The notes under the pieces are model-generated. The model did no database searches. It was not told where the DNA came from and saw nothing but the letters and a program-made list of their open reading frames with translations. A program made the position numbers and the translations under genes. Below, piece by piece: positions 1 to 9,320 of a DNA stretch of 38,029 nt. The stretch is taken from sequence record SRR20825019_250. One strand, given 5' to 3'. How positions within the stretch are numbered: position 1 is the stretch's first letter; each line of letters starts with the position of its first letter.

Positions 1-1572
1 CATATATTCCGACATATCGAAGCGAAGCAGATCCACACCCAGGTTATGGGCAAGCTGACGAGTGACTTCCGTTTTACCGACACCGGTAGGCCCGGCAAAC
101 AGGAAGGCACCAATGGGTTTTTCCGGATGACCTAGACCTGAGCGACCCATTTTAATCGCCGAACTCAACGCCGAAATGGCTTCGTCCTGACCGAAGATCA
201 CATGCTTGAGATTGTCTTCCAGCTTACGCAAGTTATCTTTGTCCGCATTACTGACTGTCTTGGCCGGAATACGGGCAATCTTGGCGACGATAGCCTGTAC
301 GTCGTTCACACCAATCAGTTTTTTACGTTTTGATTTGGGTGCAATACGTTGTGCTGCACCGACCTCATCCAACACATCAATGGCTTTGTCAGGCAGGAAG
401 CGATCATTGATATGACGATGTGCCAGTTCAGCAGCCTGTTCGATAGCCGCTTGTGAATAGCGAACATTGTGGTGTTCTTCCAGACCGGGTTTCAGTCCTT
501 TCAGAATCTCAATCGTTTCTGCGACGGTCGGCTCGGGCACATCAATTTTCTGGAAACGACGAGCCAGGGCGCGGTCATGTTCGAAAATACCGCGGTATTC
601 CTGGTAGGTAGTCGAACCAATACATTTCAGTTCACCACTGGCCAGCAGCGGTTTCAGCAGATTCGCTGCATCCATCGTGCTGTTACCGGCACTGCCGGCA
701 CCAATCATGGTATGGATTTCGTCGATAAACAGTATGGCGCCGGGCTGTTTTTTCAATTCACGCAGCAGCGCTTTCAGGCGTTTTTCAAAATCACCACGAT
801 ACTTGGTACCGGCCACCAAAGCGCCCATATCCAATGAATAAATGACTGTATCCTGCAACACCTCGGGCACGTCGCCATGCACGATGCGGCGGGCAAGACC
901 TTCTGCCAACGCGGTTTTACCAACGCCCGCTTCACCGACAAACAGCGGGTTGTTTTTTCGACGGCGGCAAAGCACCTGCAAGGTGCGTTCAAGCTCCATC
1001 GCACGGCCGATCAGCGGGTCGATGCGACCTTTTTTGGCTGAGGCATTAAGGTTTTCAGCATAAAGGGATAGTGGATTTTTACCGTCTTCGCCGGCTTCTT
1101 CAGCGTCTATTTTTGCTTCTTCGTCAGTTTCTTCAACCACTTCATCAATACCGCCGTGGCTGATAGCATTGACGACATCAAGCCGCGTCACATCCTGCTT
1201 CTGCAGCAGGTAGACCGCCTGTGACTGTTGTTCTGAAAAAATAGACACCAGCACATTGGCACCTGTTACTTCGGTGCCGCCAGAGGATTGAACATGCATG
1301 ACAGCACGCTGCAGAATGCGCTGGAATGCCAGCGTCGGCTGGGTTTCACGTTCACTGTCTTCAGGCAGGGTCGGCAGATTGTCCGCCAAAAAATCACTCA
1401 GTTCCTGCCGTAAGGCCGGAATATCGACATTACAGGCTTTGAGCACGGCCAGTGCCTGACCATTTTCCAGCAGAGCCAACAGCAGATGTTCTACGGTGAG
1501 AAACTCATGCGAGCGCTGACGCGCATAGTTGAATGCCTGACTGAGAGTCTGTTCGAGTTCTTTACTTAACAT
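1..1572 (-). CDS. clpA: ATP-dependent Clp protease ATP-binding subunit ClpA (3' part runs off the window)
   Basis: Not in the ORF track. Manual translation from ATG at 1572 gives MLSKELEQTLSQAFNYARQRSHEFLTVEHLLLALL. Walker A motifs GEAGVGKT and GPTGVGKT are present and the frame reaches the edge at RFDMSEYM. SD AGGTGG at 1581-1586; directly downstream of clpS. Confidence 0.97.
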   Translation of the reverse strand, partial: MLSKELEQTLSQAFNYARQRSHEFLTVEHLLLALLENGQALAVLKACNVDIPALRQELSDFLADNLPTLPEDSERETQPTLAFQRILQRAVMHVQSSGGTEVTGANVLVSIFSEQQSQAVYLLQKQDVTRLDVVNAISHGGIDEVVEETDEEAKIDAEEAGEDGKNPLSLYAENLNASAKKGRIDPLIGRAMELERTLQVLCRRRKNNPLFVGEAGVGKTALAEGLARRIVHGDVPEVLQDTVIYSLDMGALVAGTKYRGDFEKRLKALLRELKKQPGAILFIDEIHTMIGAGSAGNSTMDAANLLKPLLASGELKCIGSTTYQEYRGIFEHDRALARRFQKIDVPEPTVAETIEILKGLKPGLEEHHNVRYSQAAIEQAAELAHRHINDRFLPDKAIDVLDEVGAAQRIAPKSKRKKLIGVNDVQAIVAKIARIPAKTVSNADKDNLRKLEDNLKHVIFGQDEAISALSSAIKMGRSGLGHPEKPIGAFLFAGPTGVGKTEVTRQLAHNLGVDLLRFDMSEYM

Positions 1573-1643
1573 CTTGCGTTCCACCTAATTGCTTGCGTAT
1601 CTGAACATTTCAAAACTGTGTTCAGTTACAGCTATCGAACGGG

Positions 1644-1970
1644 TCACTCCTCTTCCATCGTACACTGCAATGGATGGCCGTGGCGTTGAGAATAGCTGTT
1701 GACCTGTTCGACTTTCGCTTCAGCTATCTCATAAGTGAAAATACCACACAAGGCACTGCCTTCGGTGTGAACTTGCAGCATAGTGCGTGTGGCACGTTCA
1801 CGCCCCATGCCAAATAGGTTTTCCAGAACCTCAACCACAAAATCCATAGGCGTATAGTCGTCATTGAGCATAATCACCCGGTACTTGGGTGGTCGTTTCA
1901 ATCCGGGTTTAGCCGGTGCGACGGCATAATCGTTATCGCCGTGCCAATCGTGATCGTGTTCGTCAGTCAT
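1644..1970 (-). CDS. clpS: Clp protease adaptor ClpS
   Basis: PPKYRVIMLNDDYTPMDFVV...HPLQCTME signature; adjacent to clpA. Confidence 0.97.
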   Translation of the reverse strand: MTDEHDHDWHGDNDYAVAPAKPGLKRPPKYRVIMLNDDYTPMDFVVEVLENLFGMGRERATRTMLQVHTEGSALCGIFTYEIAEAKVEQVNSYSQRHGHPLQCTMEEE

Positions 1971-1978
1971 GCGTCTTC

Positions 1979-2296
1979 TTAGCTCGCAGTGGCTTCTTCA
2001 ACCATTTTCTTCAATTCGCCGTTTTCGTACAGCTCCATGATGATGTCGCATCCGCCTACCAGTTCGCCGTCAATATATAGTTGCGGGAAGGTGGGCCAAT
2101 CTGCATAACGGTACAGATTTTCACGCACTTCCGGCTCCGCCAGTACATTGACATATGCAAACTCTGCACCACATGCAGCCACCGCTTGTGATGCGCGACT
2201 GGAAAAGCCGCATTGTGGGAATTCGGGCGTGCCTTTCATAAACAGGATGACATCATTACCTTCAATCGCCTGTTTAATCCGCTCCATAACATCCAT
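1979..2296 (-). CDS. grxD: Monothiol glutaredoxin Grx4
   Basis: KGTPEFPQCGFS, WPTFPQLY and GGCDI motifs. Start moved to ATG 2296 (MDVMERIK), which has SD GAGGA upstream. Confidence 0.95.
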   Translation of the reverse strand: MDVMERIKQAIEGNDVILFMKGTPEFPQCGFSSRASQAVAACGAEFAYVNVLAEPEVRENLYRYADWPTFPQLYIDGELVGGCDIIMELYENGELKKMVEEATAS

Positions 2297-2332
2297 TAGT
2301 TGGTCCTCGTTTTGGAAAAATTGTTGTAGTAA

Positions 2333-2360
2333 AAGTGGGGTCGCTTGTCTTAATTTCAAG
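2333..2360 (-). promoter_or_regulatory. Putative sigma32 (RpoH) heat-shock promoter for grxD-clpS-clpA
   Basis: Minus strand reads CTTGAAA-N13-CCCCACTT, against the sigma32 consensus CTTGAAA-N13/14-CCCCATNT. Confidence 0.7.
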
Positions 2361-2366
2361 CTTAGG

Positions 2367-3209
2367 CTAGTTATAATCCAGCTGCAACAGCCCCAGAATA
2401 GCTTCCAGCCCGTTGTGATTTATCGCTGTATCCGCCTGTGCCTGCACTTTGGGCTTGGCATGATAAGCAACACTTAAACCGGCCGGTTGCATCATTAATA
2501 AATCATTGGCACCGTCACCAACGGCAATAGCCTGCTCCGGCTTCAGACCGAGACTGTTACAGCACTGCTGCAGAAAATCGGCTTTTGCCTGGGCACCGCA
2601 AATTGCGCCCGCTAGTTCACCGGTCAGTTTGCCGTCTTTTTCAGCCAGCACATTAGCCTGGGTAAAATCGAGTCCCAAACGCTGCTTGAGTCTGTCGGTA
2701 AAGAAGGTGAACCCGCCTGACACCAATGCCAGCTTGATACCTTGTGCTTTCAGGGTTTCTACCATGATTTCAGCACCGGGGTTCAGTTGTAAACGCTCGT
2801 CATAGACTCGCTCCAGTACCGAAACATCAAGGCCTTTTAACAAAGACACGCGTTTTCTGAGCGAAGTTTCGAAGTCGATTTCGCCCTGCATTGCTGCCTC
2901 AGTGATTTCAGCCACCTGTGGCTTGATATTCATAAAGTCAGCGATTTCATCTATGCACTCAATATTGATCAAGGTGGAGTCCATATCGGTGACCAGCAAA
3001 CCGGGCTGAGGATCACAAAACGTCTCCGGCAATGCATTGATATCAAAATCGTATTGTTGTCGCAGGCTGTGCAGATTTTCCTGACTGATATTGACCGACT
3101 CGACGACGGCAAACTTTTGCCGCCAATTCAGCTCACCGCTAAAATCATGGGCAATTGTCTCGGCCTGTTGGCGGTTCAGGGCCGTTCCCTGCAGGATGAG
3201 TTGTGTCAT
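2367..3209 (-). CDS. serB: Phosphoserine phosphatase SerB
   Basis: HAD motifs DMDSTLINIECIDE, SGGF and GDGANDL. Confidence 0.95.
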   Translation of the reverse strand: MTQLILQGTALNRQQAETIAHDFSGELNWRQKFAVVESVNISQENLHSLRQQYDFDINALPETFCDPQPGLLVTDMDSTLINIECIDEIADFMNIKPQVAEITEAAMQGEIDFETSLRKRVSLLKGLDVSVLERVYDERLQLNPGAEIMVETLKAQGIKLALVSGGFTFFTDRLKQRLGLDFTQANVLAEKDGKLTGELAGAICGAQAKADFLQQCCNSLGLKPEQAIAVGDGANDLLMMQPAGLSVAYHAKPKVQAQADTAINHNGLEAILGLLQLDYN

Positions 3210-3224
3210 CTTAATTCGCTTTAT

Positions 3225-3258
3225 AAAAAAACGGCGAGACTGAACGTTCAGCTCGCCG
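3225..3258 (-). terminator. Rho-independent terminator after ppa
   Basis: Minus strand CGGCGAGCTGAACGTTCAGTCTCGCCG hairpin followed by T7. Confidence 0.8.
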
Positions 3259-3283
3259 GATAGCTAAAAGTTGATTGATAACT

Positions 3284-3823
3284 TTAGAATTGCGGTTTGA
3301 CCGGCGCGGCTTTAAAGCGCTCAACACTGGCGACAATTTCCTGCTCAGCCTCGGATTTACCGACCCAGCCTTCGATCTTGACCCACTTGTTCTTTTCCAG
3401 GTCTTTGTAATGCTCAAAAAAATGCGCCAGCTGTGACAGTAAACGCGGTGAGACATCGTCGATATCCTGGACATCGTCATACATTGTGTCATGGGGAACC
3501 GCAATGACTTTGGCATCTTCACCGGACTCATCGGTCATTTTCAGCATCCCGACCGGACGGCAGGCAACGACGGAGCCACTGATGAGTGCATAGGGGCTGA
3601 CCACCAGGACATCCACCGGGTCACCATCATCAGATAATGTATGCGGAATGTATCCATAGTTAGTGGGATAGAACATGGCCGTATTCATGAAGCGGTCAAC
3701 AAACAGAGCACCGGTTTCTTTGTCGACTTCGTACTTCACCGGATCGGAGTGTGAAGGAATTTCGATAATGACATTAACGTCTTGCGGCAGATTCTTGCCC
3801 GATCCTACACGGTCGAGGTTCAT
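3284..3823 (-). CDS. ppa: Soluble inorganic pyrophosphatase, family I
   Basis: [31 protein letters not shown] and DESGEDAK motifs. Confidence 0.97.
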   Translation of the reverse strand: MNLDRVGSGKNLPQDVNVIIEIPSHSDPVKYEVDKETGALFVDRFMNTAMFYPTNYGYIPHTLSDDGDPVDVLVVSPYALISGSVVACRPVGMLKMTDESGEDAKVIAVPHDTMYDDVQDIDDVSPRLLSQLAHFFEHYKDLEKNKWVKIEGWVGKSEAEQEIVASVERFKAAPVKPQF

Positions 3824-3864
3824 AGCGGTTTGGCTCCAGTTATTGAGTTTGAATAAATCCGCTA

Positions 3865-3893
3865 ATTATAGAAGAAAAATCAGCCGGATTAAA
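3865..3893 (-). promoter_or_regulatory. Putative sigma70 promoter of ppa
   Basis: TTTAAT-N17-TATAAT on the minus strand. Confidence 0.6.
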
Positions 3894-3916
3894 CTCGATC
3901 TTACCGCAGCAGAGGT

Positions 3917-4087
3917 CTAATCCTCGATCGGGATCATCTCAAAATCTTCCTTCGGCGCACCGCAGTCCGGGCAAACCCAGTCATCGGGCACATCCTCCCA
4001 GGCAGTGCCGGGCATGATGCCCTCTTCCGGCATGCCCTCGGCTTCATCATAGACAAAGCCGCATATGGTACAGATCCACTTTCTCAT
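3917..4087 (-). CDS. Rubredoxin (56 aa)
   Basis: CTICG...WVCPDCG iron-binding motifs. Start moved to ATG 4087 (MRKWIC), with SD GGAGG at 4095-4099. Confidence 0.95.
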   Translation of the reverse strand: MRKWICTICGFVYDEAEGMPEEGIMPGTAWEDVPDDWVCPDCGAPKEDFEMIPIED

Positions 4088-4107
4088 GATGATACCTCCG
4101 CTTGATT

Positions 4108-4902
4108 TCAACTGCGGGTGAGCAGAACCAGTCCCACTGTCAGCAGCAACAGGGAAAACAGCTGGCTCAGTTTCCTGTGCGACAAACGTCGCGCCAGGCG
4201 GGCACCCAGCGGTGCCATAAAGATGCTGGTTACAATGATACCGATAAAGGCCTGCCAGTGAACAAAACCGGTTTGCCAGTCGGCATTAATCTGATGCACC
4301 TGTGTCCCCATCCAGATAAAGCCTACCACGCCACTCGCTGCGATAGGAAAACCACAGGCAGCCGCTGTACCGACCGCTTTCTGCATACTCTGCCCCGCCA
4401 TGACTAAATAAGGCACCACCAGCGTACCGCCACCGATACCCACCATAGCGGAAATCACACCGGTGACTGCCCCGAAGAGCCCCATAAATCGTGTTGTCAG
4501 CAGTTTGGGAGAGAGCGGATGAGGCGGAGGCAGCCACATTCTGCCCGCCATCAATATCGCGAACAGGGAAAATATGATCTGCAGTAAAGCACTGGATAAA
4601 CTGGCGGCGATCACAGCGCCGCCGAGACTGCCGATAATCAGACCGGGTGTCAGACGCGCCACCAGCGGCCATTCTGTCATGCCGTAATGATGATGCGCCC
4701 GCATCGAAGACAGCGAAGTCACCGTTATCGTCATCAGAGATGTCCCAATCGCCACATGAATGGCGATTTCGGCTGACATACCCTGCCAACTGAAGACGGT
4801 GACCAGGATCGGCACAATAATCAGACCACCGCCAATCCCGAACAAACCGGCAGCTAAACCAGCGACAACACCCGCGAGGGCAAAACTCAGCCATTCAAGC
4901 AT
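4108..4902 (-). CDS. TauE/SafE (TSUP) family membrane transporter
   Basis: Duplicated GLFGIGGG / MVGIGGG motifs with AIGTSL and AVGTA; multiple hydrophobic segments. Confidence 0.9.
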   Translation of the reverse strand: MLEWLSFALAGVVAGLAAGLFGIGGGLIIVPILVTVFSWQGMSAEIAIHVAIGTSLMTITVTSLSSMRAHHHYGMTEWPLVARLTPGLIIGSLGGAVIAASLSSALLQIIFSLFAILMAGRMWLPPPHPLSPKLLTTRFMGLFGAVTGVISAMVGIGGGTLVVPYLVMAGQSMQKAVGTAAACGFPIAASGVVGFIWMGTQVHQINADWQTGFVHWQAFIGIIVTSIFMAPLGARLARRLSHRKLSQLFSLLLLTVGLVLLTRS

Positions 4903-5041
4903 CTATTCCTGTTCTCCATAAGGCCTTATCCCCCAGCTTTACTTGCCGTTACGATACAGGTATAAAAAACCGAGCACCATAAAACATAGCAAGGAGTTCC
5001 ACCCGCAAGACTTTTCTAACGATAATAACGAGGTAAGACTT

Positions 5042-7054
5042 ATGACGTCACTCAGCACCGTCCCGGCCATATTGGGAATTTTTGGACTACTCTGTGCCTT
5101 TCTGGTCTACAAAAAGGTGAAATCATACTCACCGGGTAGTGGTAGTGTGGTAGATATCGGCGACCAGATACATCTCGGCGCGATGGTGTTTATGCGAGCG
5201 GAATACTCGCGCCTCGCTATTTTCTGCCTCATCTGCATTATCGGTCTGGGATTGTCTGATTTGGGCTGGCACACTGCGCTGGCCTTTTTTGTGGGCGCCA
5301 TCAGTTCAGCGACCGCCGGCTTTATCGGTATGTACAGCGCCACCCAGGCCAATGTCAGGACGGCTGTGGCCGCTCGTGATAACGGTGCCTCCGAAGCGCT
5401 GACCGTGGCCTTCTTCGGCGGCTCAATTATGGGCCTGACCGTCGCTGCCATGGGCCTGCTGGGTCTTGGCATTCTCTATCTGCTTTACGGCAGTGACCCA
5501 CATACTGCCCACACCATTCATGGCTTTGGCATGGGCGCTTCATCCGTCGCTTTATTCTCTCGTGTCGGTGGCGGGATCTTCACCAAGTCCGCCGACGTCG
5601 GCGCTGACCTAGTGGGCAAAATCGAAGCCGGTATTCCCGAGGATGATCCCCGCAACCCCGGTGTTATTGCTGATAATGTCGGCGATAATGTCGGTGACGT
5701 CGCCGGGATGGGCTCGGATATTTTCGAATCCTACTGCGGCGCGATGATTGCCAGTATCGCGATTGCCTCAACAATGAGTGCTGTCACCATCAGCCAGCTA
5801 GCAGACTCTCAGGCAACACTGATGTTTATGCCGCTGGCACTCGCCTCGGTCGGCCTTTTGTGTTCGGTTGCCGGTATTCTTACGGTCAAGCTGTTTTCAG
5901 CCAAAAGCCCGGAAGTCGCCCTGCGTATCGGCACCATGGGGTCTTCATTACTGTTTATCGTGGTTTCCTGGTTTTTAATCACCAGCCTGGGGGGGCTCAC
6001 TAACCTCTGGATTGCTGTTTTGTCAGGCGCGATTGGCGGTATTGTTATCGGCCTCAGTACTGAGTACTACACAGGCGGTTCGCCGGTGAGAAAACTGGCC
6101 GGCAGTGGCGAGACAGGCCCTGCCACCGTGATGATTGGCGGACTGGCGCTGGGCATGCAGTCGGTGGCGGTACCGGTCATTACCATTGCCGCGATTATCT
6201 TCACCGCCAGCTATTTTGCTGATCTCTATGGTGTCGGTATTGCTGCCGTCGGTATGCTGGCCACTGTCGGTATTACCATGGCGATTGATGCTTACGGCCC
6301 GGTTGCTGATAATGCCGGTGGCATTGCCGAAATGGCTGAGATGGGTAAAGACACGCGTGAGATTACTGACTCACTGGATGAACTCGGCAATACTACCGCC
6401 GCGATTGGTAAAGGTTTTGCGATTGGTGCAGCCGCGCTGGCGGCACTGGCCATCATCAGCGCCTATATCGAAACCATCACCCAGGGCGATCCGAGCTTTG
6501 CATTGCTGATTAATAACCCTCTGGTGCTGATGGGGATGTTCCTCGGTGGTATATTCCCGTTCCTGGTCAGTGCTATGACGATGACAGCCGTGGGCGATGC
6601 CGCTTTCGATATGATTCATGAAATCCGCCGCCAGTTTAAGGAAATACCGGGACTGTTGGAAGGCACGGCTAAACCAGACACGGCGCGTTGCGTCGATATC
6701 GCTACCAAAGCCGCGCTTAATAAAATGATCCTGCCCGGCACTCTGGCCGTGGCGGCACCAATTGTGGTCGGTTTTGGTCTCGGACCTGAGGCACTGGGTG
6801 GCATGCTTGGCGGTGCCCTTATCTGCTGCGTGATGATGGCACTGATGATGGCGAACGCCGGGGGCGCATGGGATAATGCTAAAAAGTATGTCGAAAAAGG
6901 CCATCACGGCGGTAAAGGCTCGGATGTTCATAAAGCGGTGGTGGTCGGTGATACCGTCGGTGATCCGCTCAAGGACACCTCTGGTCCTTCGATGAATATT
7001 CTGATCAACGTGATGGCGATAGTCAGTCTGGTTATCGCACCGCTGCTGATCTGA
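5042..7054 (+). CDS. hppA: Membrane-bound ion-translocating pyrophosphatase, K+-dependent, probably Na+-pumping
   Basis: [53 protein letters not shown] and [14 protein letters not shown] motifs. Start moved to ATG 5042, after SD GAGG. Confidence 0.95.
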   Translation: MTSLSTVPAILGIFGLLCAFLVYKKVKSYSPGSGSVVDIGDQIHLGAMVFMRAEYSRLAIFCLICIIGLGLSDLGWHTALAFFVGAISSATAGFIGMYSATQANVRTAVAARDNGASEALTVAFFGGSIMGLTVAAMGLLGLGILYLLYGSDPHTAHTIHGFGMGASSVALFSRVGGGIFTKSADVGADLVGKIEAGIPEDDPRNPGVIADNVGDNVGDVAGMGSDIFESYCGAMIASIAIASTMSAVTISQLADSQATLMFMPLALASVGLLCSVAGILTVKLFSAKSPEVALRIGTMGSSLLFIVVSWFLITSLGGLTNLWIAVLSGAIGGIVIGLSTEYYTGGSPVRKLAGSGETGPATVMIGGLALGMQSVAVPVITIAAIIFTASYFADLYGVGIAAVGMLATVGITMAIDAYGPVADNAGGIAEMAEMGKDTREITDSLDELGNTTAAIGKGFAIGAAALAALAIISAYIETITQGDPSFALLINNPLVLMGMFLGGIFPFLVSAMTMTAVGDAAFDMIHEIRRQFKEIPGLLEGTAKPDTARCVDIATKAALNKMILPGTLAVAAPIVVGFGLGPEALGGMLGGALICCVMMALMMANAGGAWDNAKKYVEKGHHGGKGSDVHKAVVVGDTVGDPLKDTSGPSMNILINVMAIVSLVIAPLLI

Positions 7055-7074
7055 ACCCTCATTCTCACTTAGTC

Positions 7075-7104
7075 CAAGGCCACCTGCGGGTGGCCTTGTT
7101 ATTT
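7075..7104 (+). terminator. Rho-independent terminator after hppA
   Basis: CAAGGCCACC-TGCG-GGTGGCCTTG 10-bp stem followed by TTATTT. Confidence 0.75.
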
Positions 7105-7116
7105 GGAAAATAAGCA

Positions 7117-8436
7117 TTGCAGAACAAGCCCACCAGTATCAACCACCGTGCCATCTGGGCCATTGCCGGTCCGATGATCCTGGCAAACTTATCTACGCCG
7201 CTTCTGGGCATGGTAGATACAGCGGTGGTCGGTCACCTTAACTCCCCTGTCTATCTCGGCGCTGTCGCGCTGGGCAGCATGCTGTTTACCTTCCTGTTCT
7301 GGGGATTTGGTTTCCTGCGTATGGTCACCACCGGCTTGACCTCGCAGGCCAATGTGAATGGCAATACTGGCGGGCCGCGTGATGTCCTGATTCAGTCAGG
7401 CCTGCTGGCACTGATTATTGCGATGCTGTTACTGATGCTGCAGTCCCCCATCGGCTGGCTGGCTTTTAATATCATCGACGGCAGTGCTGCCGTGATTGCT
7501 GAAGCCGAACGCTATTACGCCATCCGGATCTGGAGCGCGCCAGCGACTTTACTCAACTACGCGGTGCTGGGCTGGCTGATTGGCCTGTCCGCCTCACGAT
7601 CTGCGCTGGCTGTGGTACTGGTGATTAATGTCACCAATATTGTGTTTGATCTGTTACTGGTTAATGGTTTGGGCATGAAGGCCGATGGTGTGGCTTTAGC
7701 TTCTGTTATCGCTGAATACAGCGGTTTAATGTTTGCTTTGGTTCTGCTGCAGAAACGCCGGCTGGCATTACATCAGATTGAGCTTGGACAGGAATTCCGC
7801 TTGATGCTGGCCAATCGCCATCATCTCAATCTGCACGGCAACTTTATGTTGAGAACATTGTGCCTGATTTTCAGTTTCGCCTTTTTTACCAATCAGGGAG
7901 CACAGGCTGGTGACACAACACTGGCAGCCAATATGGTACTGCTCAACTTTATTACCTTTATGGCCTATGTGCTGGATGGTTTTGCCAATGCGACGGAAGT
8001 CATGAGTGGTCGCGCTATCGGCCACAATAATGTAGCCATGCTTAAACGCAGCTTGCTGCTGAATGGTTTCTGGTCTTTGCTGACAGCCAGTCTGTTCAGT
8101 CTGGTTTACTGGCTATTCGGTAAGCAAATCATTGCTTTACTCACCAGCATTGATTCTGTCGCTGAAATGGCGGGCGATTACCGTTTGTGGGTAGTCCTGG
8201 CGCCTTTAGTGGGCGTCTGGTCTTATCTGTTCGACGGGCTTTTTGTCGGTGCAACGCTGGGGCGTGAAATGCGCAATACCATGCTGTTTGCGACTTTTGG
8301 CTGCTATCTTCCAGCCTGGTATCTATTGCAGGGTTGGGGCAATCATGGACTGTGGGCGGCCCTGATGGTATTGCTAGTCGCCCGTGGCTTGAGCCAGAGC
8401 GTGTATCTGCCGCGAATTATCCGCAGATTAAGCTGA
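7117..8436 (+). CDS. dinF: MATE family efflux transporter, DinF subfamily
   Basis: PMILANLSTPLLGMVDTAVVGHL and FLFWGFGFLRM N-terminus typical of DinF-type MATEs; TTG start is uncertain. Confidence 0.88.
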   Translation: MQNKPTSINHRAIWAIAGPMILANLSTPLLGMVDTAVVGHLNSPVYLGAVALGSMLFTFLFWGFGFLRMVTTGLTSQANVNGNTGGPRDVLIQSGLLALIIAMLLLMLQSPIGWLAFNIIDGSAAVIAEAERYYAIRIWSAPATLLNYAVLGWLIGLSASRSALAVVLVINVTNIVFDLLLVNGLGMKADGVALASVIAEYSGLMFALVLLQKRRLALHQIELGQEFRLMLANRHHLNLHGNFMLRTLCLIFSFAFFTNQGAQAGDTTLAANMVLLNFITFMAYVLDGFANATEVMSGRAIGHNNVAMLKRSLLLNGFWSLLTASLFSLVYWLFGKQIIALLTSIDSVAEMAGDYRLWVVLAPLVGVWSYLFDGLFVGATLGREMRNTMLFATFGCYLPAWYLLQGWGNHGLWAALMVLLVARGLSQSVYLPRIIRRLS

Positions 8437-8446
8437 AGCTCGCTAC

Positions 8447-8647
8447 TTAGATAGTCGTGCCGGAATCCCACCCAGACTGTCGTTCTTTACGTCTGTCACC
8501 GCCATCACGGCGATCCTCTTTATCCGGTTCGAAACGAATCATATCTCGCCGGTCGTTGCCTGCACGGCGGTGTTGCTGGCGTCTTTCCTCGCCATTCCAT
8601 GCATGGTCTGATTCATTACTAATCATTGATTCGTAGTCGCGTGTCAT
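8447..8647 (-). CDS. Small Arg/Asp-rich protein with repeated (D/E)RR motifs
   Basis: 66 aa with SD AGGGGAG before the ATG. Occupies otherwise empty space; TATAAT on the minus strand at 8706-8711. Confidence 0.75.
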   Translation of the reverse strand: MTRDYESMISNESDHAWNGEERRQQHRRAGNDRRDMIRFEPDKEDRRDGGDRRKERQSGWDSGTTI

Positions 8648-8776
8648 ATTTGACTCCCCTCACTGGGTTTATCCTGAAATTACTCCCCGACTCATTAATT
8701 TGTCAATTATATGCCAAAGACTTCATTAGCCCGAAAGCCAGAATATTTTTTCAGTGGGTGCTGCACTGTAAGACAT

Positions 8777-8804
8777 TTGATGATCAGGCGCTTTGGCGTA
8801 AAAT
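8777..8804 (+). promoter_or_regulatory. Putative sigma70 promoter of the DUF4124-MIF unit
   Basis: TTGATG-N16-TAAAAT. Confidence 0.5.
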
Positions 8805-8836
8805 GATTTTCTATTTCTGGAATGGAGACTGCAGTG

Positions 8837-9289
8837 ATGCTCAACGTCAAACGGCTTTGCCTCGTGTCAGCAGCGCTATTGCTGAGTTTCAGTGTCCATG
8901 CCCAGATCTACAAATGGGTCGATGAAAACGGTCAGACACATTATTCACAACAACCGCCCGAATCCGGCCAGGCTGAGACTGTCGACGTTCCGCCTCCGCC
9001 ACCAATTAATCCTGATGAAGCACGCGATGAAGTGCAGGAACTGATTGAGCAGCAACAGGCAGCCGATCAGGCTGAGCTTCAAGCCGAGCAACAAGCTCGT
9101 GAAGAAGCGGAGCAAGAAGCCGTTCGTGAAGAAAACTGCCGTATCGCACAGGAAAACCTGCGTTCATACCAAAACAACCCCGGCCGTCGTATTATGGATC
9201 AGGAAGGTAATGTCACCCGCCTGACTGAAGAAGATCGTCAGCAGAAAATCCAGGAATTTCAGGAACAAGTCGACCTTTACTGTCAATAG
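8837..9289 (+). CDS. DUF4124 domain exported protein
   Basis: Signal peptide ending VHA, then IYKWVDENGQTHYSQQPP, a Pro-rich linker, coiled coil and two Cys. ATG 8837 follows SD GGAG; alternative start 8822. Confidence 0.85.
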   Translation: MLNVKRLCLVSAALLLSFSVHAQIYKWVDENGQTHYSQQPPESGQAETVDVPPPPPINPDEARDEVQELIEQQQAADQAELQAEQQAREEAEQEAVREENCRIAQENLRSYQNNPGRRIMDQEGNVTRLTEEDRQQKIQEFQEQVDLYCQ

Positions 9290-9308
9290 TCGACCTTTAC
9301 TGTCAATA
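9268..9308 (+). repeat. Perfect 20-bp tandem duplication AGTCGACCTTTACTGTCAAT x2
   Basis: Read directly: copies at 9268-9287 and 9288-9307, plus a matching A at 9308. Confidence 0.95.
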
Positions 9309-9320
9309 AAGGAGAACAAG

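Noticed and set aside
206-1063. Short ORFs in the track at the left edge
   Set aside because: All lie inside clpA, which the track missed because it is truncated by the window
1573-1643. CTGAACA/TGTTCAG inverted repeat and doubled CTTGCGT between clpS and clpA, similar to CTGAAC-GTTCAG in the ppa terminator
   Set aside because: 7-bp matches with different spacing; compatible with chance, and no known operator recognised
4903-5041. Possible riboswitch or N-terminal extension upstream of hppA
   Set aside because: No convincing stems or known consensus. The 33-codon extension from TTG 4943 lacks an SD, whereas ATG 5042 has one.
6371-7117. 248-aa ORF antisense to hppA, and similar long shadow ORFs (4286-4894, 17323-17916, 21908-22636, 34246-34737)
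   Set aside because: They lie antisense to or out of frame within well-conserved genes, show no recognisable motifs, and are expected from codon bias
8701-8718. TTGGCATATAATTGAC resembling a sigma54 -24/-12 promoter
   Set aside because: The invariant GC is not present 10 nt after the GG; a plain TATAAT -10 explains it better
9268-9308. Tandem repeat as a CRISPR remnant
   Set aside because: Two abutting copies with no spacer and no cas genes
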